A DNA stretch of 13,653 bases from a bacterium (lineage in GTDB: Bacteria > SAR324 > NAC60-12). The notes beneath the pieces are model-generated. The model saw only the letters and a list, made by a program, of their open reading frames with translations. It ran no database searches and had not been told where the DNA came from. The position numbers were made by a program, and so were the translations under genes. Of this stretch, positions 8,047 to 13,653 are shown piece by piece. The DNA is taken from positions 1 to 13,653 of the forward strand of contig CBDDTI010000124.1 of the NCBI GenBank assembly GCA_965233585.1, in the 5' to 3' direction. Within the stretch, counting starts at the first letter, position 1. Every line of letters begins with the position of its first letter.

Positions 8047-8470
8047 GGGAGGGGGGATATTCCCAGAAAAATTGGGTGGGGCTGTGTGACCTTCTTCTCG
8101 AAACCCTGACCCTATTTATGACCAAAATCTGCAATGTTCCCTATCCTATTTATGACCTGACCAAAATTTGAAACCCTATATATGTCCTGACCCTTATCCA
8201 GTTTCAGACCTGTGTTATAATTGGATCCCTAGTTCAGGCCAATGTTAAATTACCGTAAAGATAATTTTTGAAGGGCTTTTGTTGATTTTCTTTTTGATAA
8301 TAATGAAAAAGTGGCTTCTTCTTAAAAGCATATGGGCCATATAAAGGCTAGAGTACAAACACCATACCCTATTGATGGCCAAAATGGCTGAGAAACCATA
8401 CCCTTTAGGGCCGCACACACCTATATAGCCCATATAAGGGAGTATCCCCTTCCCACCCCTCCCTGCGGGC
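8047..8470. mobile_element. Decayed MITE with G-rich/C-rich ends and CCCTATTTATGACC subrepeats
   Basis: Left GGGAGGGGGGATATTCCC versus right GGGAGTATCCCCTTCCC. Internal repeats ACCCTATTTATGACC, TCCTATTTATGACC and ACCCTATTGATGGCC. Confidence 0.7.
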
Positions 8471-8683
8471 ATAAACTTTTCATTGTTGGCTGCTCTTGTT
8501 TGGGAGTGGGATGGTGAGGTTGGTCTAGCGATTGCCTCAAGGGTAACCTTAACAACTTATTTTCTTTGATGGGCTATTTATAGCATGTTCCTACCATTTC
8601 TCAAAACCATCTATTGGTAGCTCTGGCTATTCAGTGTATGTTTTAACTGTTGCTAAACATTTACATTTAAATGTACATGTACC

Positions 8684-9061
8684 TGTTGTAGTTCAATTTT
8701 AGCTTTGGTACAAAATTTTTTTGAACCAGTACAAATCTTTTGAACTGGTACAAAATATTATGAACTGGTATCAAATGTTTCAACCTAGGTCAATTTGATT
8801 TCCTTTTTTGTTTTTGCGTCAAACAAAAAAATATTTTTGGCACGTTCAACCTTCTCTTCATCTTCCCTCTTCTCTTTACCTCCACTCTGCTTACCCTCCC
8901 CTACTATTCCCTCCCTGCTCTCCCAGCATCCCAGCCCCTATTCTTTTTACCTCAATGCTTACCTTGTGAGCTTTGAACCACAGACCTTTGGTTTTCCTCT
9001 GAATTCATGTACTGGTTGAAACAAATTGTACCAAAGGTAAAATTGAACTACATGTACAACA
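8684..9061. mobile_element. MITE with ~45-bp TIRs, internal ~20-bp repeats and a pyrimidine-rich tract
   Basis: TGTTGTAGTTCAATTTTAGCTTTGGTACAA pairs with TTGTACCAAAGGTAAAATTGAACTA(CATGTA)CAACA. TGAACYRGTA repeats at 8722-8770. Confidence 0.8.
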
Positions 9062-9148
9062 TATCTAATGAGGAGGCAACAAGAACCTCTTGTTTAGATA
9101 AATTATATAGAAAACTTTTCCACTCAATTTGTTTCTCTTTTCTGACAG

Positions 9149-9192
9149 GCTGATGGTCGAAAAAGGATTACCTGTCCTTTGGACAAGAAACA
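9149..9192 (+). CDS. TRMT13: TRMT13 coding exon 2 (start of CHHC U11-48K-type zinc finger)
   Basis: Acceptor TTTCTCTTTTCTGACAG; encodes ADGRKRITCPLDKK(H), matching Trm13 RIxCPLDxxH; donor CA|GTGAGA, phase 2. Confidence 0.92.
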
Positions 9193-9260
9193 GTGAGATT
9201 ATCTTTATTCACTTTTCAGTAAGAATAATTATTAGTTCCCAATTGACTCTGTCTTTTAAA

Positions 9261-9554
9261 GACGGTTCGAATGGGCACTTGAAAACCTGGAAAGTCTTGG
9301 ATTTTTATTGGAGCATTTTCCAGGATTAGAAAGTTCTGGAAAAAGGCTTTTGGTCCTGGAAAGTTCTGGAAATCTGTTTAACTGTAGTAAAAATATATGA
9401 TGTGTATGGCAGAGAGCAAGGAGAATTAACATTGAGATCTTGGGAGTGAAAGGATTAATGTGAATTTTAAAGTCCTGGAAAAAATCATTCTGAGCCCTGG
9501 AGAGGCTGTGGAAAAGTCCTGGAAATCTTTTTCTGACAAAGGGTGGAAACCCTG
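9261..9554. mobile_element. Decayed hAT-like MITE with (T)CCTGGAAA subrepeats in intron 2
   Basis: Right end GGAAACCCTG (CAGGGTT.. terminus), degenerate left end GACGGTTCG, many TCCTGGAAA/TTCTGGAAA copies. The TSD is not clean. Confidence 0.6.
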
Positions 9555-9556
9555 TT

Positions 9557-9858
9557 TAGAGTTGGATTCAAGTGAGTGTCATAACATCAAAACCAAATTT
9601 ATCACTCTGACTTACATGTACATCTACAACAAAAGGACACAATTCAGTGAACCAAACAAATGTTGGAGTAAATTTATACATGTACAATTTAGCCTACAGG
9701 AAGCATGCAAAACATGTGAGCAAGTCACTCTTGGGTTAGTTTTCATCTGTGATTGGACGACAAAGTGGGTTGTGTTTTTGTCAGCCAATTTCTTAGCATC
9801 GTAATGCAAAATCAAATCAAATATGAATTAATTTTGACACTTGTAAGAAACCGCTCTT
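9557..9858. mobile_element. Decayed MITE (TAGAG...GAGTGTC / GACACT...AAACCGCTCT ends) in intron 2
   Basis: Left TAGAGTTGGATTCAAGTGAGTGTCATAA; reverse complement of right end AGAGCGGTTTCTTACAAGTGTCAAAA. Internal CCAAT/ATTGG motifs. Confidence 0.6.
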
Positions 9859-9963
9859 ATTGATTTGTAACAATCATAGGGATTTCTTGGGTGTTAAGAG
9901 ACTGCTTTATTGAGGATTAAGTTAAAAGGTTGTTTAAGATTGTTCTGTTTTGAACCATTGTAG

Positions 9964-10030
9964 CACAGTATTTGAAGACCAACTTGAAAAGCACCTAAAG
10001 AAATGCAATCAAACAAAAAAGACTCAAGTG
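9964..10030 (+). CDS. TRMT13: TRMT13 coding exon 3 (end of CHHC zinc finger)
   Basis: Acceptor TTGTAG, phase 2 completes His. Encodes (H)TVFEDQLEKHLKKCNQTKKTQV, matching Trm13 HTVYEDQLxKHLKKCN; donor GTG|GTAAGG. Confidence 0.93.
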
Positions 10031-10541
10031 GTAAGGCTGTAAGTGAAACATATTGATCAGTATGCATACATATACATGTACAATGTCAATTATTTTAATT
10101 TTGTAGTACAGGCAGGTTTCTTTGATGATAGACAAGCATGTATCAGTACTATCCCTGAGAGTGTATGTTTTGTTTAAATATTTTTAGTCTGTTGTGGCTA
10201 GAATGTACACACGTACTTTTGGTTTGCAGGTGTTCAAACTCGTCTGTTTTTATTTTCCTTTGTTTCAGATCATGAGAACAGAGGAAAGTAGCAATCAGAC
10301 TAACGTAGCTTGAAAAATGTTGAAACAGAAATGAATTTTCTCATATCAATTTCTCTATATCATGAAAATTCCTTGTAAAAGAGGTTAAATGGAAGTTTTG
10401 TTGTGCTTACAGTGTAGAAGATAAGAAATGGGTAGCAGATACTCTTTATCTCTGAAAAATATATATTATTTTAATATTAATCAGCTATTTTTATGTCTGG
10501 TAACAAAGTACTAAGATTGGTATGACTTTTTTTTCATCCAG

Positions 10542-10604
10542 GTGTACTTCAGTGTTAACATCAACTCTGGTATATCAAATTATGAATTTTCTCCAGCAGA
10601 AAAG
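10542..10604 (+). CDS. TRMT13: TRMT13 coding exon 4; the gene continues beyond the window
   Basis: Acceptor TTTTTTTTCATCCAG; VYFSVNINSGISNYEFSPAEK contains the Trm13 Y/F-x-x-x-IN-x-G motif; donor AAG|GTATTG, phase 0. Confidence 0.85.
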
Positions 10605-10726
10605 GTATTGTTTCTGAAATCATTTATGTGTTGCTATACCCTAAAATGCCATTATTACTCCAGTCCTCTTCCAGAAGAACTTTGTGAAATTAAACACCTT
10701 AAATTTCGAATACAAAAATCCAAGAC

Positions 10727-10938
10727 TTTTTTTTTTTTCCACATTTTTATTCCATTGTTAACTACAAACTACAGCACTATTATTAGGTGTCAATAACATT
10801 ACATTGATAATGACATTGTCATTTGATCTTTAGTATCACACTTACAGACCATAATTAACTATCAATGAATAATTTCCACCTGGCCTGGAATTTTCTTTGC
10901 GTGTTGTTTTTGACGGCTATGTACTTTTCAGTCTTGTA
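10727..10938 (-). mobile_element. 3' terminus of an L1/Tx1-clade LINE: last ORF2 codons, 3' UTR, AATAAA and poly(A)
   Basis: Minus strand reads YKTEKYIAVKNNTQRKFQARWKLFIDS* (stop 10855-10857). AATAAA at 10746-10751 and A12 at 10727-10738 on the minus strand. Confidence 0.82.
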
Positions 10939-10968
10939 CAGTGCAGCTCAGATATATCCGAACCAAAA

Positions 10969-11096
10969 TATACGAGTAATACGCGTCAGCCCAATACGCG
11001 TATACGCGTATACATATACGCAAATACGCGTATACATATACGCAAATGCGCGTATGCATATACGCGTATACGCGTATACAGTGTATGCGCGTATGC
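10969..11096. repeat. Left subterminal TACGCGTA array (alternating purine-pyrimidine)
   Basis: Repeated TACGCGTA/TATACGC/TACATA units. Confidence 0.9.
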
Positions 11097-11386
11097 CTCA
11101 TTAGTATGGCTAACCTATGGTTTCTTCGTTTGTAACAGGTCATTGTTTCTTGCCACAGAGCAATTTTCATTAGTTTGAATACATGTACGTGTATACAGTA
11201 TACGCGCGTATGTCTTCAGACTAGACTTGACAAAATGTTAGCCGAAACTGCGGAAACTAACATTTTGCAATTGATCACTTTGACAGAAAATTAACTGACT
11301 GAACATTAATTAAAAGGGAGATTATTTTTGCCATTCAATCAAAAATTTACTGTTTTTTTGTCAAATGGAACCGGGGATACAAGGTT

Positions 11387-12533
11387 AGACAAGATAAACA
11401 TCTCGCAATTGACTTGCCGACGCGTGCCGAAACACAGAACTTTTCCTTGAAGTAAAACATAATTAAACGTGAGCGGCGCACCATAGAAACATTTTACCGT
11501 TTTAATGAACGATTTGTGTCGAATATGACCGGAGATATAATTTTTTTCTACAAGGTCCGATCGGCGGCTTCAGACAATAAACATCTCACGAGCGACTTGC
11601 CGAAGCGTGCGAAACACAGAACTTTTCCCGTAAGTAAAATATAACTAAATGTGAGCAGTGCGCCATAAAAACTTTGATTAACAATTATTTGGTTAAAGAA
11701 AGAGCATTTTACCGTTTTAATGAACAATTTGTGTCAAATATGACCGAAGATATAATTTTTTCCACAAGGTCCGATCGGCGGCTTCAGACAATAAACATCT
11801 CACGAGAGACTTGCCAAAGCGTGCGAAACACAGAACTTTTCCCGTAAGTAAAATATAACTAAATGTGAGCAGCGCGCCACAGAAACTTTGATTAACAATT
11901 ATTTGGTTGAAGAAAGAGCTTTTTGCCGTTTGAATGAACGATTTGTGTCAAATACAACCGGAGATATAATTTTTTCGACAAGGTCTTCGAAACGCCTAAT
12001 TAGACAAACATCTCACAAGCGACTTCCCGACGCGTGCCAAAACACAGAAATTTTCCTTGAAGTAAAACATAATTAAACGTGAGCGGCGCACCATAGAAAC
12101 TTTGATAAACAATTACTTGGTTAAAGAAAGAGCATTTTACCGTTTTGAATGAAAAATTTGAGTAAAAAAGAACCAGAGATAAAATTTTTTCGACAAGGTG
12201 CTCCGAACGCTTCCGACAGATAAACATCTCGCAAGCGACTTGATGACGCGTGCGAAACACAGAACTTTTCCTTGAAGTAAAAAAATAACTTAACGTGAAT
12301 GGCGCATCATAAAAACTTCGATAAACAAATTTTTCGTTAAGAAAAGAGCATTCAACCGTTTAAATGAATGATCTGTGTCAAATATAACCGGAGATATAAT
12401 TTTTGCGACGAGGATTGATTTTAGGGACGCTGAATTCAGACAAAAAATATTTCGCAAACGACTTGCGACCTGAAACACAGATCTTTCCTTGCCCAAACAC
12501 GGATCTTTCCTTGTAAAAACATAAAGTTCACGT
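11387..12533. repeat. Tandem array of a ~214-bp unit, about 5.4 copies
   Basis: Units start near 11387, 11572, 11786, 12002, 12214 and 12438 (AGACA..AAACATCTC..GACTTGCC..GAAACACAGAACTTTTCC..). The first unit carries a ~30-bp deletion and the last is partial and diverged. Confidence 0.93.
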
Positions 12534-12783
12534 GTTAAGATAGGGATTTCAAGAGACTGTTTCAATTTTCTTCCTCTATTTGGAAGCTTAAGATCAAGCA
12601 AGAGTCAAGGAAACGGTCGATGAATTTGCGTGATCGAAAACTTTAAATGTGATAGCTTTCATTGATCGGCATGTCGTTTTAACAATATGCAAATTGCACT
12701 TTGAAGCCTTTTCATTCCCATATGTCCTTTGTTTGACCAACAATGCTTCATACAAAGAAACTTATGGGAATGCATAACAAAGG

Positions 12784-12981
12784 GACATATACGCGCGTAT
12801 TGACATACGCGTACGCGCGTATTGACATACGCGTATACGCGTATTGACATACGAGTATACGCGTATTGACATACGCGTATACGCGTATTGACATACGCGT
12901 ATACGCGTACATACATACGCGTATACGCGTACATACATACGCGTATACGCAAAATACGAGCGTATAATACGCGTATGCGTA
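12784..12981. repeat. Right subterminal 22-bp minisatellite GACATACGCGTATACGCGTATT
   Basis: About seven tandem copies, each around the 16-bp palindrome TACGCGTATACGCGTA. Confidence 0.92.
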
Positions 12982-13006
12982 GTTCGGATATATCTGAGCT
13001 GCACTG

Positions 13007-13653
13007 TACATGTATTTCATATTAATTACTTCTTTGAAGGCAGCTATATCTGGGCTAAGACAACGTTTATGGCTCGTCCAGATGCCATTTTGCAACAGTT
13101 AAAAAATAATTTAGTAAGCCGCTTACTTCATCTAATTTACCTATCATAACATCCTGCAAGGAAAGTTCAACATGTTTACCAGAAAGTGCAAACCAAAAAT
13201 TTTTGAAATCTTTCCAAAACTGGTTAGTATGAGTACATTCATAAAATAAATGATTAACAGTTTCTGGGCTAACTCTACAAAAAGTGCAAGAATCGTCTTA
13301 AACATAACCTATTTTGGCTAGACGAGAATTAGTGAAAGTGATATCATTGAGGATTTTAAATTGAAAACTTCTGATAAACATTTCAGATGAGACAGTCTTC
13401 ACTTTCAAGAACGCTTTAGTAACAGCTGAATCTGCTAAACCAAAGTCCTCCTTCAATTTAGCAAAGCCCCTTGAAACTTTTGCCTTATCCGAAACAAGCA
13501 ATTCATAGAAGTGTTTATTTTTACACACAATAGGATTAAATTTTTTCTCCCCACAGTGAAATTCCAAAGGGAATTCTAGTTCGCTTTCAATCACATCCAA
13601 ACTCTTCAGGTGGGCAGGAACAGCGGCACGAACTCCTGACCAGACTAAAAAAT
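13007..13653 (-). pseudogene. L1/Tx1-clade LINE ORF2 C-terminal region with CCHC-type (zf-RVT-like) motif; extends beyond the window
   Basis: FLVWSGVRAAVPAHLK...FIRSFQFKILNDITFTNSRLAKIGYV*DDSCTFCRVSPETVNHLFYECTHTNQFW...LLNYFLTVAKWH/IWTSHKRCLSPDIAAFKEVINMKY. In-frame stop at 13298-13300 and a frameshift at ~13081. Confidence 0.88.

Larger units (their letters stand above)
10939..13006. mobile_element. 2068-bp non-autonomous Tc1/mariner-type element (TA TSD, CAGTG termini)
   Basis: Perfect 25-bp TIR CAGTGCAGCTCAGATATATCCGAAC (10939-10963 / 12982-13006); TA at 10937-10938 and 13007-13008. It interrupts the LINE ORF2. No transposase ORF. Confidence 0.93.

Noticed and set aside
11387..12533. Possible CRISPR-like array
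   Set aside because: Whole units are homologous with no unique spacers, no cas genes are present, and the context is a eukaryotic intron.
10865..13095. Repetitive ORFs (RIRVYAY...) at 10865-11178 and 12659-13095
   Set aside because: They are translations of stop-free TACGCGTA arrays. Only the IWTS...NMKY part of 12748-13095 is real, and it is LINE pseudogene sequence.

Overview
Eukaryotic, repeat-dense genomic DNA. The MITE types resemble those I recall from stony corals/cnidarians; this taxonomic call is inference. The only host gene is the 5' part of TRMT13 (tRNA:m4X methyltransferase) on the + strand, with four coding exons at 5251-5403, 9149-9192, 9964-10030 and 10542-10604; it continues beyond the window. 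Nearly everything else is mobile DNA. (1) A 5'-truncated Penelope-like retroelement (GIY-YIG) has a fold-back hairpin at its 5' end and a decayed hammerhead-ribozyme motif in its 3' region. (2) A TTAA-flanked, largely palindromic (fold-back) DNA element at 3225-5139 carries an internal CR1/L2-type reverse transcriptase fragment with no tail or TSD, joined at the 3' side by microhomology. (3) A long-TIR element with a nested MITE lies in intron 1. (4) An antisense L1/Tx1 3' end in intron 4 is split by a 2.07-kb Tc1/mariner-type non-autonomous element carrying TACGCGTA arrays and a ~214-bp satellite. Nine TACATGTA octamers occur only inside the gene; two are demonstrably 6-bp insertions at a TA, matching Tc1-type excision footprints. 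No prokaryotic system, CRISPR array, rRNA or tRNA is supported, and most short ORFs in the track are spurious.
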